This document shows positions 27,011 through 39,920 of a DNA stretch of 64,000 nucleotides, in pieces. The stretch covers positions 13,497 through 77,496 of the forward strand of contig JADJOM010000003.1 in NCBI GenBank assembly GCA_016713785.1, given 5' to 3'. Origin of the DNA: Gemmatimonadota bacterium (GTDB taxonomy: Bacteria; Gemmatimonadota; Gemmatimonadetes; Gemmatimonadales; GWC2-71-9). The notes under the pieces were generated by a model, which was given only the letters and a program-made list of their open reading frames with translations, did no database searches and was not told the origin of the DNA. Each line of letters opens with the position of its first letter. Position 1 is the stretch's first letter. A program made the position numbers and the translations under genes.

Positions 27011-27369
27011 GCCCTGTTGCGGGCCGCTACTCGCCTGGGGACTCGCGCCGCGAGCGGGTCCCTAGGAGCCACGCCGAGGGGCTTGTGCAGCAGCTGGTCG
27101 AGCGGGGGATCGTGCGCGGCACCTGCATGGAAAGGTATCTCTGGAGTTGTGCGGACACTGGAGCCCGCTACTTTCTCTGGATCGCAAGTCCCAGTTGGCT
27201 CGCTCCAGACACCCTTGGAGTGCAGGCGAAAGTCACCGAAATGCCTTGGCCTTGGCGGACTGCCGATGCTCCCGGTGGGCTCTTGCGCCGTGAGTATCTG
27301 CTGCGGTTCGTCTACGCTGAGGCCGAGGTGCACCTGACGCTGCTTGAGGAAAGGCCGATTACAGAATAG
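27007..27369 (+). CDS. hypothetical protein
   Basis: 120-aa ORF translationally coupled to 26780-27010. No motif recognised. Confidence 0.35.
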   Translation: MSPVAGRYSPGDSRRERVPRSHAEGLVQQLVERGIVRGTCMERYLWSCADTGARYFLWIASPSWLAPDTLGVQAKVTEMPWPWRTADAPGGLLRREYLLRFVYAEAEVHLTLLEERPITE

Positions 27370-27522
27370 AGTTGCGCTGACGCAGTCCCACCGGCATCCA
27401 CGAAGAGAACGGAGGGGGGCGGGGCAGCAGCGCTGTGGCGGACCTCCCCAAAGTAGGACTATCAGGGCCGGCGGCTCGGGGCAAGGAGACGGTACCCGCC
27501 GTGAACGGGATCCGCCGACCTG

Positions 27523-27586
27523 CGGGTGCCCCCGGCGCCGCGTGCCAAAGCCGACGACTGGCGCGCGGCAGAGGGGGCACCCGGGG
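27523..27586. repeat. 65-nt REP/MITE-like hairpin repeat, copy C (composite element ~27475-27750)
   Basis: Same modules as copy B: 5' module, hairpin, GGTCGCGGCTCCGCCGCTCCCGAAAGGGGCTCGGTCGCGCC, then an 8-nt tandem array. Confidence 0.8.
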
Positions 27587-27676
27587 GGAGGCCCCGACCC
27601 CTCAAAGAGCACCAATCGCCCTCTCCCTCGCCCCCAGGTCGCGGCTCCGCCGCTCCCGAAAGGGGCTCGGTCGCGC

Positions 27677-27742
27677 CCAATCGCCCAATCGCCTGATCGC
27701 CCAATCGCCTGATCGCCCAATCGCCTGATCGCCCAATCGCCC
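27677..27742. repeat. 8-nt tandem repeat (CAATCGCC/TGATCGCC) x8
   Basis: Direct reading: CCAATCGCCCAATCGCCTGATCGCCCAATCGCCTGATCGCCCAATCGCCTGATCGCCCAATCGCC. Confidence 0.9.
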
Positions 27743-27833
27743 ACGCGCATTTCCCCGCTCCCCTTCGCAACCGATTGCGCCCTGGCCGCCGCCGAGCGTA
27801 TGGTACACTGGGCACCGTCCCGAACCTGGCGAG

Positions 27834-28223
27834 GTGCCCATGCCCGTGACCGCGCGGCTGTCGAAACGCTTCTACGACACCTTCGGCGACGAGATCGCCA
27901 ACGATCTCGTGGAATGGTTCAACCAGGTGGATGCTACCTACCGGCAGGAACTGCGGGAGCAGAACGACTTCAACTGGGGCCGCGTCGAGGCGCGCATCGG
28001 CCAGGGCGAAGCGCGGATGGAGGCGCGGATAAGCCAGGCGGAGTCCCGGATGGAGTCCCGCCTGGTCGAGATGGAGACCCGGCTCCGGTCCGAGTTTCAC
28101 CAGGAACTCACCGGCCTGCGGGCCGACATGGACGTCGGCCTCGAACGCCTGCGGTCCGACCTGCTCAAGTGGATGTTCCTCTTCTGGTGCGGCACCGCCC
28201 TGACGGTGCTCGGCCTCCGGTAG
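27834..28223 (+). CDS. coiled-coil protein with C-terminal membrane anchor (DUF1640-like)
   Basis: LVEWFNQVDATYRQELREQNDF... then heptad-like EARMEARISQAESRMESRLVEMETRLRSEF, ending in the hydrophobic LLKWMFLFWCGTALTVLGL. The family call is from memory only. Confidence 0.5.
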   Translation: MPMPVTARLSKRFYDTFGDEIANDLVEWFNQVDATYRQELREQNDFNWGRVEARIGQGEARMEARISQAESRMESRLVEMETRLRSEFHQELTGLRADMDVGLERLRSDLLKWMFLFWCGTALTVLGLR

Positions 28224-28266
28224 GCGGCTCGGCGGCTCGGTGACTCGGCGCTGCGGCGCCTCCCTC

Positions 28267-28331
28267 CCGGGTGCCCCCGGCGCCGCGTGCCAAAGCCGAC
28301 GACTGGCACGCGCCAGAGGGGGCAGCCGGGG
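28267..28331. repeat. 65-nt REP/MITE-like hairpin repeat, copy D
   Basis: CCGGGTGCCCCCGGCGCCGCGTGCC-AAAGCCGACGAC-TGGCACGCGCCAGAGGGGGCAGCCGG, followed by degenerate 8-nt units (GAATCGCC, GAGTCGCC, TAACCGCC, GAACCGCC). Confidence 0.8.
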
Positions 28332-28405
28332 GAGGCCCGAATCCCTCGAAGACCACCCATCGCGAATCGCCGAGTCGCCTAACCGCCGAACCGCCCCCGG
28401 ATCGA

Positions 28406-29060
28406 CTACTCTCCCAATTCCGCCAGATCGGCCAGGTCCTTGGGGCGCCCGGCGGCACGCTTGTTCTGGATCAGGCAATCCCGGCCGAGGACGGGGACCG
28501 CGAGCCCCCCGACCGTTGCGGTCAGACGGCTGGACCAGCCCTGCTCGAAGCTGACTCCTGAGATGCTCGTCAGGATATCGATGCGCGCGGGGGGAACCCC
28601 GATCTGGTAGACCACGTCGGGGGCGACCAGGTCCCCGACCGTGAGATGGTCCAGTGGAGCACCGAAGCGTTGCAGGGCGGCATAGACGCGCCGGGCATTG
28701 TCAGGGGTTGGGCGCACCCAGAGGTCCAGGTCACCCGTGGCGCGGGGACGTCCGTGCGCCGCCAGGGCGTGGGCCCCGACCACCAGGTAGTCAGCGCCCG
28801 CCGCGTGTTACTCGGCCAACATCTCGACGAAGTCGGGGTTCATCGGCGAGCTCGGTGGAGAAGGCCCACGCCTGCAGGGTGAGCGGCCAGACCATGGCCA
28901 TGCGGGCCGACGGGGTGAGGGCGTCGAGGGCGGAGTAATCCTCGGGATCCTGCAGGCGCCGTCGGCGGACCGGGTAGTGGCGGCGATCGACCATGGGGAG
29001 GAATCTAATCGCCCGGGAGCCAGGCCGCGCCGCCATCTCCCCGAAAGTCCCGCGCGGCAA
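28406..29060 (-). pseudogene. nucleotidyltransferase-fold protein (MNT/DUF6036-like), one frame break near 28788
   Basis: ORF 28791-29060 (...RRDVGRVTRGG) continues in another frame as ADYLVVGAHALAAHGRPRATGDLDLWV...IDILT... (ORF 28406-28783). The GDLDLW motif suggests a nucleotidyltransferase-type (MNT-like) fold; recalled from memory. Confidence 0.55.
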
Positions 29061-29340
29061 ACGTCACGCCGTACCGCCGTCCCGGCCGAAATTCCCGGCC
29101 GTCGTTCCCCCGTCCCGACGTCCCGGAATTCCCGCGCGAGTCCCGTTCCGCCGTACCGCCGTCCCGGCAGCATCTCCCGACCGTCGTTCCGCCGTACCGG
29201 ACTCCCGAAAACCCCGCGCGACCCCCGTTCCGCCGTACCGCCGTCCCGGCCGATATTCCCGGCCGTCGTTCCCCCGTCCCGACGTCCCGGCAGGTTCTCC
29301 CGGCCGTCGTCCCGCCGTACCGGCGTTCCGGAATTCCCGC
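29058..29340. repeat. ~83-nt tandem repeat x3+ (degenerate)
   Basis: CGCCGTACCGCCGTCCCGGCC...CGTCGTTCC...CCCGTTC recurs at about 29058, 29146 and 29229. Confidence 0.8.
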
Positions 29341-29382
29341 GCAACGCTCGGGACAATCGCCGGACCCGCGGGAACGTTTCTG

Positions 29383-29716
29383 AAAGCGGGAAGCGGGAAG
29401 GCGAGGCGAGTCCAGCAGCGGCTGTCATCCCGTCCTGAGGAAGGGATCCCTTCACGTGCTCGCGGCTAAAGCCGCGGCTCGGCTGCAGGCGCTGAAGCGC
29501 CTTCGCGCGGGCGGGTCCAGCCACGGGGCCGGAGTGTGAGGATGTTCTCGCTTTAGCGATGGATGCCGAGCCGCGGCTTTAGCCGCGGATCGCGGGGTCG
29601 CGGGGCGGGGCGCACTGCCCCCGTTTCCCGCTTCCCGTTTCCCGTTTCCCTCTTCCCGCTTCCCTCTTCCCGCTTCCCGCTTCCCGCTTCCCGCTTCCCG
29701 CTTCCCGCTTCCCCCC
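29383..29716. repeat. large palindromic repeat structure: (GGGAAGC)n ... 23-nt inverted repeats ... (CTTCCCG)n
   Basis: GCGGGAAGCGGGAAGG lies at ~29388-29403. CGCGGCTAAAGCCGCGGCTCGGC (29461-29483) is the exact reverse complement of 29565-29587. About 14 heptamers CTTCCCG/TTTCCCG lie at 29618-29716. Confidence 0.8.
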
Positions 29717-29730
29717 GGCCAACGCCCGGC

Positions 29731-32512
<2,782 letters not shown>

Positions 32513-32612
32513 GGCTCGGTCTGGTGAGAGTTAAGGTACCGTGCTGTCCTTAGTATAATCCGCCCCGCTCCGGACTGGCCACCACGCCGCCCCTGGAAAC
32601 GGACCACCGACC

Positions 32613-32957
32613 ATGGCGCCACCGCCAGTCATGCCGCACGCGATCACCCGCCGGGACGACGGCCTCCACCTCGAGTGGGTGGCCGGCGGCCACGCCGCGC
32701 TGTTCCCCGCCCGCGCCCTCCGCCTGGCCTGCCCCTGCGCCGGGTGCGTGGAGGAGATGACCGGCCGCCCGCTGCTCGATCCCGCCACCGTCCCCCAGGA
32801 CATCCGCCCCCTTCGCCTGGCCCTGGTGGGCGCCTACGGGCTCCGGGTGGAGTGGTCCGACGGCCACGGCACGGGGATCTACACCTTCCGCTGGCTGCGC
32901 GACCGCTGTCCCTGCGAGGCCTGCACCGCGGGCGCCGTCCCGGTGGTGGCCCCGTGA
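32613..32957 (+). CDS. DUF971-like small protein (gamma-butyrobetaine hydroxylase N-terminal-like)
   Basis: LRLACPCAGCVEEMTG...LVGAYGLRVEWSDGHGTGIYTFRWLRDRCPCEAC. Confidence 0.6.
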   Translation: MAPPPVMPHAITRRDDGLHLEWVAGGHAALFPARALRLACPCAGCVEEMTGRPLLDPATVPQDIRPLRLALVGAYGLRVEWSDGHGTGIYTFRWLRDRCPCEACTAGAVPVVAP

Positions 32958-33265
32958 TGCTCTCCCGCGTGCTGTTCAACCTCCCGGGCCGCTGGATCTG
33001 GGTGTGGGTCTGGGGCGCGCTCCTGATCGTCGGGCTCCTGGGCCTGGCCGGGGCGGTGCAGTGGGGCCGCGAGACCCACTGGAAGAACATGGACGAGGTC
33101 CTCCGCGGCCTCGGCACCGTGCTGGTCTCCCTCGGGATGATCTTCTTCCTCAAGGGCATCTCGCCGCTTGGCGGGATCATCCTCGCCTTCCTGGCCCTGG
33201 CCTGCTTCGTGGCCGCCATGCTCGCCGGCAAGCGCGACGCCGACGGCCTCGACGACCAGTTCTGA
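32957..33265 (+). CDS. small integral membrane protein
   Basis: ATGA overlap with the preceding gene. Three hydrophobic helices. Confidence 0.5.
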   Translation: MLSRVLFNLPGRWIWVWVWGALLIVGLLGLAGAVQWGRETHWKNMDEVLRGLGTVLVSLGMIFFLKGISPLGGIILAFLALACFVAAMLAGKRDADGLDDQF

Positions 33266-33320
33266 GCCGGCTCCCCCGGCGTCCTTTCTGAGCCCTCCGC
33301 CGGGGATTACCTTGACCCCC

Positions 33321-36155
33321 GTGCCCCGCCATCGCCTGCTCCTCCCCCTGCTGCTCCTCGCCGGGCCGCTCGCCGGCCAGCTTGCGCCCCCGGCCACCGG
33401 CGGCCTGGTCGCCCAGGACCAGGAGCTGCGCCGTCTCGGCCACTACCAGCGCCTCCTCCTGATCGCCGCCCACCCCGACGACGAGGACACTGAGTTGCTC
33501 ACCGTGCTGGTGCGCGGCTTCGGGGCCGAGGCGGCGTACCTCTCGCTCAACCGCGGGGAAGGGGGCCAGAACCTCATCGGGCAGGAGCTGGGCGAGGAGC
33601 TCGGCCTGCTGCGCACCGAGGAGCTGCTCGCCGCGCGCCGGCTCGATGGCGCCCGCCAGTTCTTCACCCGTGCCTACGACTTCGGCTACTCCAGGAATCT
33701 CGAGGACACCTGGGCCCACTGGCCCCGCGATTCGGTGCTCAAGGACGTGGTGCGCATCGTGCGCCGCTTCCGGCCCCAGGTGGTGGTGTCGGTGTTCAGC
33801 GGCACCCCGCGCGACGGCCACGGCCAGCACCAGGCCGCCGGCTGGGCGGCCCAGGAGGCCTTCCTGGTGGCGGGCGATCCGGCGCGCTTCCCGGAGCTGG
33901 AGCGGGAGGAGGGGCTGGCGCCGTGGGCGCCGCTCAAGCTGTACCGCAGCACCCGGTTCGATTCCGCCGCCACCACGCTGACCCTCGACGGTGGCGCGCT
34001 CGATCCCGCCGTGGGGCAGTCGTTCCACCAGATCGCCATGCGGGGCCGCAGCCTGCACCGCTCGCAGGACATGGGGCAGCTGCAGGCGGCCGGCCCCTCC
34101 ACCGTGCGGCTGGCGCTGCTCACCGACCGGACCGGCGGCGGGAGCGGGCTGTTCGGCGGGGTGGATACCACGCTGGCCGCGGTGCCGTTCGTGGCCGCGC
34201 TCCGGGCCGAGCCGCGGCGCAAGGTGGCGGCGGCGCTGGCGCTGTACGTGGCACAGGTGGACTCGGCCCGGCTCCACCTGGCCCCGCGTGAGGGGGATGC
34301 GCTCCGCGCCCTGCTGGACCGGGCCGCCGCCACGCTGGAGGCGGCGCGCCGCGCCGCGCTCGACGGCGCCCCCGGCGGCCGCGGCCGCGAGGTGCAGGCC
34401 GACGTGCGCCTGGACGGCGATCCCTTCGAGGGCGAGGTGGGCCGCCTGGCGCGGGCCCGGCGCATCGCGGCCGGCGTCGTGGTCGACGCCACGACCACCC
34501 AGCTCCGCGTGGCGCCGGGGGAGAGCCTCGCGGTCACCGCCACGCTGTGGAACACCGGCCCCGCCCCGGCGCCGGCGGGCTTCTGCCTCGGCGGCACCCG
34601 CTCCTCCTGGAACCTCTTCCCCGATTCCGCGCCGCGCCTCCCGCTCAACCTCTCCTCCCGCCGCGGCTCCTGCGCGGTGGTCGATGCGGCGGGCCGGCTC
34701 AGCGCCGAGCCGCGCGACGCCGGGATGCTGGCGCCGGGCCGGCTGCTCACGGCGCGGCTCGAGGGGACCCTCCCCGCGGCGGAGGACTACACCACCCCGT
34801 ACTTCCTGCGGGCGCCGCGGCAGGGCGACCTCTACACCTGGGATCCCGACCAGCGGCTGGCCTGGGGCGATCCCTTCGGCGAGCCGCGCTGGTGGATCAC
34901 GCCGTTCGCGCCCGGCCAGGCCGGCGAGCGCGAGCCGCGCGAGATCGCCTGGCGCGCCAACGACCAGGCCACCGGCGAGGTGCGGCGCCCGATCACCGTG
35001 GTGCCCGTGGTGGACGTGCGGCTCACGCCGGAGACCGAGGTGTGGCCCGTCGGCGCGGGGCACGGCCGCGAGTTCGTGGTGACCCTGACCCACGGCGCCC
35101 GCGACACCACCGAGGGGAAGGTGACCCTGGTGGTGCCGGCGGGGTTCACGCAGCCGGCGCCGCAGCTGTTCCGCCTGACGCGCCCGGGCGAGGTGCGCCG
35201 CTTCACCTTCCGGGTCACCGCCACCGCCGCGCTCACCGCCGGCAGCTACCGCGTCGACGCCCTGGCGATCGACCGGCGCGGCCGGGTGTTCGACGTGGGG
35301 CTGCGGACGGTGGAACACCCGCACATCCATGCCCGCACCTGGTCGCGTCACGCCAGCGCGGTGGTGCGCGCCGCGCCGCTGGCGCTGCCGCGGCTCCGCG
35401 CGGTGGCCTACCTGCGCGGCGCCGCCGACCGGGTGCCCGAGGCGCTGCAGCAGGTGGGGCTCCCGGTCACGGTGATCACCGGCGCCGACCTGGCCGCCGC
35501 CACGCCCGCGCAGTGGCCGGTGATCGTCATCGGCCCCCGCGCCTTCGAGACCGACACGGCGCTGCCGGCCCAGAACGACCGCCTGCTGGCCTACGCCCGC
35601 GCCGGCGGCACGGTGATCGTCCAGTACCAGCAGTACGGCTACTTCCTGGGGGGCTACGCGCCCTACCCCATGACCGTGGGGAGCCGCGCCCCCGGCACCA
35701 CCGCCAGCACCGCCACCCGCGACACCGTGCGGCCCATCTCCACCGCGCTGCTCGGCGGCCACGACCGCGTCACCGACGAAGCCGCGCCGGTGCGGCTGCT
35801 CGAGCCCGCCGCCCTCGCGTTCCGCGCCCCCAACCGCCTCGGCCCCGGCGACTGGGAGGGGTGGGTGCAGGAGCGGGGGCTCTACTTTGCGCGCAGCTGG
35901 GACCGGGCCTGGAGCCCGCTGCTCGAGCTGCACGATCCCGGCGAGCCCCCGCTGCAGGGCGGGCTGCTGGTGGCCCGGGTGGGGCGCGGCACGTACGTGT
36001 ACACCGGGCTCAGCTTCTTCCGGCAGCTGCCGGCGGCGGTGCCGGGCGCCTTCCGGCTCTTCGCCAACCTGCTGGCGCTGGGGGAGTCGCGCGCCACCAC
36101 CGGCCCCGCGCCCAGGCCCCGGGCCGACAGCCTGCCGGCGGTGGAACGGGAGTGA
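33321..36155 (+). CDS. large secreted LmbE/PIG-L family deacetylase-like protein
   Basis: GTG start followed by signal-like RHRLLLPLLLLAGPLAG. It contains the PIG-L signature LLIAAHPDDEDTELL...LSLNRGEGGQN and HRSQDMG. Confidence 0.7.
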   Translation: MPRHRLLLPLLLLAGPLAGQLAPPATGGLVAQDQELRRLGHYQRLLLIAAHPDDEDTELLTVLVRGFGAEAAYLSLNRGEGGQNLIGQELGEELGLLRTEELLAARRLDGARQFFTRAYDFGYSRNLEDTWAHWPRDSVLKDVVRIVRRFRPQVVVSVFSGTPRDGHGQHQAAGWAAQEAFLVAGDPARFPELEREEGLAPWAPLKLYRSTRFDSAATTLTLDGGALDPAVGQSFHQIAMRGRSLHRSQDMGQLQAAGPSTVRLALLTDRTGGGSGLFGGVDTTLAAVPFVAALRAEPRRKVAAALALYVAQVDSARLHLAPREGDALRALLDRAAATLEAARRAALDGAPGGRGREVQADVRLDGDPFEGEVGRLARARRIAAGVVVDATTTQLRVAPGESLAVTATLWNTGPAPAPAGFCLGGTRSSWNLFPDSAPRLPLNLSSRRGSCAVVDAAGRLSAEPRDAGMLAPGRLLTARLEGTLPAAEDYTTPYFLRAPRQGDLYTWDPDQRLAWGDPFGEPRWWITPFAPGQAGEREPREIAWRANDQATGEVRRPITVVPVVDVRLTPETEVWPVGAGHGREFVVTLTHGARDTTEGKVTLVVPAGFTQPAPQLFRLTRPGEVRRFTFRVTATAALTAGSYRVDALAIDRRGRVFDVGLRTVEHPHIHARTWSRHASAVVRAAPLALPRLRAVAYLRGAADRVPEALQQVGLPVTVITGADLAAATPAQWPVIVIGPRAFETDTALPAQNDRLLAYARAGGTVIVQYQQYGYFLGGYAPYPMTVGSRAPGTTASTATRDTVRPISTALLGGHDRVTDEAAPVRLLEPAALAFRAPNRLGPGDWEGWVQERGLYFARSWDRAWSPLLELHDPGEPPLQGGLLVARVGRGTYVYTGLSFFRQLPAAVPGAFRLFANLLALGESRATTGPAPRPRADSLPAVERE

Positions 36156-37176
36156 CGCGACCGGCGCGGGGCTGGATGACCGGGCTCCTCCTCCTCGCCG
36201 CCTGCGGCGACGGCCGGATCCCGCTCACCATCTACTCCCCCCACGGCCGCGACCACCTGACGCTGCTGGAGCACGAGTTCGAGCGGCTGCACCCCGAGGT
36301 GGACGTGCGCTGGCTCGACCTGGGCAGCCAGGAGGTGCTCGACCGCCTGCGGCTCGAGCGGGTGAACCCCCAGGCCGACCTCTGGTTCGGCGGGCCCACC
36401 ACGCTGTTCGAGCGCGGCATCGCCGACTCGCTGCTGGCCCCGTACCGGCCCAGCTGGGCGGGGCAGGTGGACCCGGGCGGCGTCGGCCCCGGCGACCTCT
36501 ACTACCCGGTGTACCGCACCCCGGCGATCATCGCCTACAACAACGTGGCGGTGCCGGAGTCGCTGGCCCCGCGCGACTGGGACGACGTGCTCGAGCCCCG
36601 CTGGCACGACCGGGTGCTGATCCGCGACCCGGTGGCCAGCGGCACCATGCGCGCCATCTGGGGGCTCATCCTCCAGCGCGGCCTGCGCCAGACCGGCGAC
36701 ACCGCGTGGGGGATGGCGTGGCTGCGCCGGCTCGACGGCCAGACCCGCACCTACGCCCTCTCGCCGGCGCTGCTCGACGCCAAGCTGGCGCGGCAGGAGG
36801 GGCTGGTGACGCTGTGGGACCTGCCCGACATCCTCATCTCGCGCAGCAAGGGGATGCCGTTCGGCTACGTCTTTCCCTCGAGCGGCACGGTGGTGATCGA
36901 CGACGCCATCGCGCTGGTGCGCGGCGCGCGGCACCCCGACCTGGCGCGGGCGTTCATCGAGTTCGTGGGCGGCATCGACGCCCAGGTGCTCGCGGCGGAG
37001 CGGGTGTTCCGGCTCCCGGCGCGGCACGACCTCCCCGCCGCGCGGGTGCCGGCGTGGGTCACCGAGGTGGAGCGGACCATGGTGGTGGAGCCGATGGACT
37101 GGGCGCTGCTCGCGCGCGAGGGGGCCGGCTGGATGGGCTACTGGGACCAGCAGGTGCGGCACACGGGGGCGCGGCG

Positions 37177-37180
<4 letters not shown>
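36152..37180 (+). CDS. ABC transporter periplasmic substrate-binding lipoprotein (iron(III)/thiamine-type family 1)
   Basis: GTGA overlap with the upstream gene. Lipobox LLLLAACG. IYSPHG...DLWFGGPTTLFE are motifs typical of the family. Confidence 0.7.
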
Positions 37181-38267
<1,087 letters not shown>

Positions 38268-38271
<4 letters not shown>

Positions 38272-39920
38272 CCGAGCGCCAGCGCCGCCTCGGCACCCTG
38301 GCCCTGGTGGCGGGGCTGGCCTGGCTGGTGGCCTACCCGCTGCTGCTGGTGGCGCTGGAGAGCGTGCGGGGGCCCGACGGCTTCACGCTGGCCTGGTTCC
38401 AGCGCTTCGCGCGCGAGCCGCGGGAGTGGCAGGCGCTGTGGGGCAGCCTGTGGACCTCGGTGGCCAGCGTGGTGCTGGCCGCGCTGCTCGGCGTGCCGCT
38501 GGCGTTCCTGTTCGAGCGCTACGACTTCCCGGGCCGGCGGCTGCTGGGCGCGCTGGTGGCGCTGCCGGTGGTGCTGCCGCCGCTGGTCGGGGTGATCGCC
38601 TTCCTCTTTCTCTACGGCGAGACCGGGTTCGTGGGGCGGCTGGTGCAGGCCGCGCTCGGCCTGGCCGACCCGCCCTGGCGGCTCGAGGGGGCGTGGGCCA
38701 TCCTGCTGGTGCACGCCTACTCGCTCTACGTCTACTTCTACCTCTTCACCCGCGCGGGGCTGGCCCGGCTCGATCCCGCGGCGATCGAGGCGGCGCACTC
38801 GCTGGGCGCCGGCCGCTGGCGCACCCTCACCCGGGTGACCCTGCCGCTGCTGCTCCCCTCGCTCCGCGGCGCGGCCCTGCTCGCCTTCATGACCGCGCTG
38901 GCCTCCTTCAGCGCGCCGTACATCTTCGGCGGCGGCTTCCGGGTGATGACCACCCAGATCGTCTTCACCCGCCTCAACGGCGAGTACGGCATGGCCATGG
39001 CGCAGACCGTGGTGCTGAGCCTGCTCGCGCTCGCCGGCCTCTGGCTGGCCAGTGACCGGGGCGGCGACGTGGCCGCGGCGGGGAAGGGCATCGCGCCGGC
39101 GGCGGCGCCCATCCGCTCCCCCGCGCTGCGGCTGCTGGCCACCGGGCTCGGGTGGGGGCTCGCGGTGCTGCTGCTGCTGCCGCACGCCACGCTGGTGCTG
39201 CTCTCGTTCGTGCCGGTGGGCACCTGGACCATCGAGACCTTCCCGCCCGCCTACACCCTGGCCAACTACGTGGCGCTGGCCACCGATCCCGAGCGGCTGC
39301 GGCCCCTCGGCAACAGCCTGTGGATGGCCACCCTGGCCACCGCCGTGGCCATCGGGGTGGCGCTCGCGGCGGGGCTGCTCACGGTGCGGCGGCCGCGGCG
39401 CGGGGCGGCGCTCATCGAGCGGCTGCTCGCGGTGCCGTGGCTGGTGCCGGGGACGGTGTTCGCGGTGGCGCTGGCCACGGCGTTCAGCGTGCACGCCCCG
39501 CTGCTGGGCCGCGTGGTGCTGGTCGGGACGCTGTGGATCCTCCCGATGGCCTACGTCATCCGCAACCTGCCGATCGCCAGCCGCGCCATCCTGGCGGGGT
39601 TCCGGGGCCTCGACCCCGCCCTCGACGAGGCCGCCGCGAGCCTCGGCGCGGGGCCCCGGCGCCGCCTCTTCGCGGTGACGCTGCCGCTGCTCAGGCCCGC
39701 GCTCGCCGCCGGCGCCACCCTGGCCTTCGTCACGGCCCTGGGCGACTTCGTCACTTCGATCATTCTCTATACGTACGACACCCGTCCCCTCTCGCTCGAG
39801 ATCCTCGCCAGCCTCCGCCAGGGGGATGTCGGGGTGTCGGCGGCGTACGGCGTGTTCCTCATGCTGCTCTCCGGGCTGGTCTTCGCGCTCGGGAGCGAAC
39901 GGAAGGTGGTTGCCCGGTGA
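38268..39920 (+). CDS. ABC transporter permease, duplicated (two-domain) type
   Basis: 550 aa with ~12 hydrophobic segments. Two EAA-like loops (EAAHSLGAGRWRTLTRVTLP, EAAASLGAGPRRRLFAVTLP). Confidence 0.85.

Noticed and set aside
17274-28350. REP-like element as a protein-coding repeat (recurring peptide PPAPRAKADDWHAAEGAAGGGP in the ORF track)
   Set aside because: The recurring peptide is the translation of a near-perfect DNA hairpin. The copies lie in different contexts and frames, are followed by 8-nt tandem repeats, and lack consistent starts and stops.
26800-28478. 316-aa and 338-aa minus-strand ORFs (26800-27750, 27462-28478)
   Set aside because: They run through repeat elements and antisense to the coiled-coil gene. 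Their composition is low-complexity Gly/Arg/Pro.
29058-29340. Possible CRISPR array
   Set aside because: The ~83-nt units are similar along their whole length (tandem repeat). There are no unique spacers between short conserved repeats and no cas genes in the window.
1-29700. Type VI secretion, PAAR, VgrG, DGR reverse transcriptase or integron integrase genes that could explain delivery or cassette shuffling
   Set aside because: I searched all six frames by eye for the characteristic motifs and found none in this window. Their absence here does not exclude them elsewhere in the genome.
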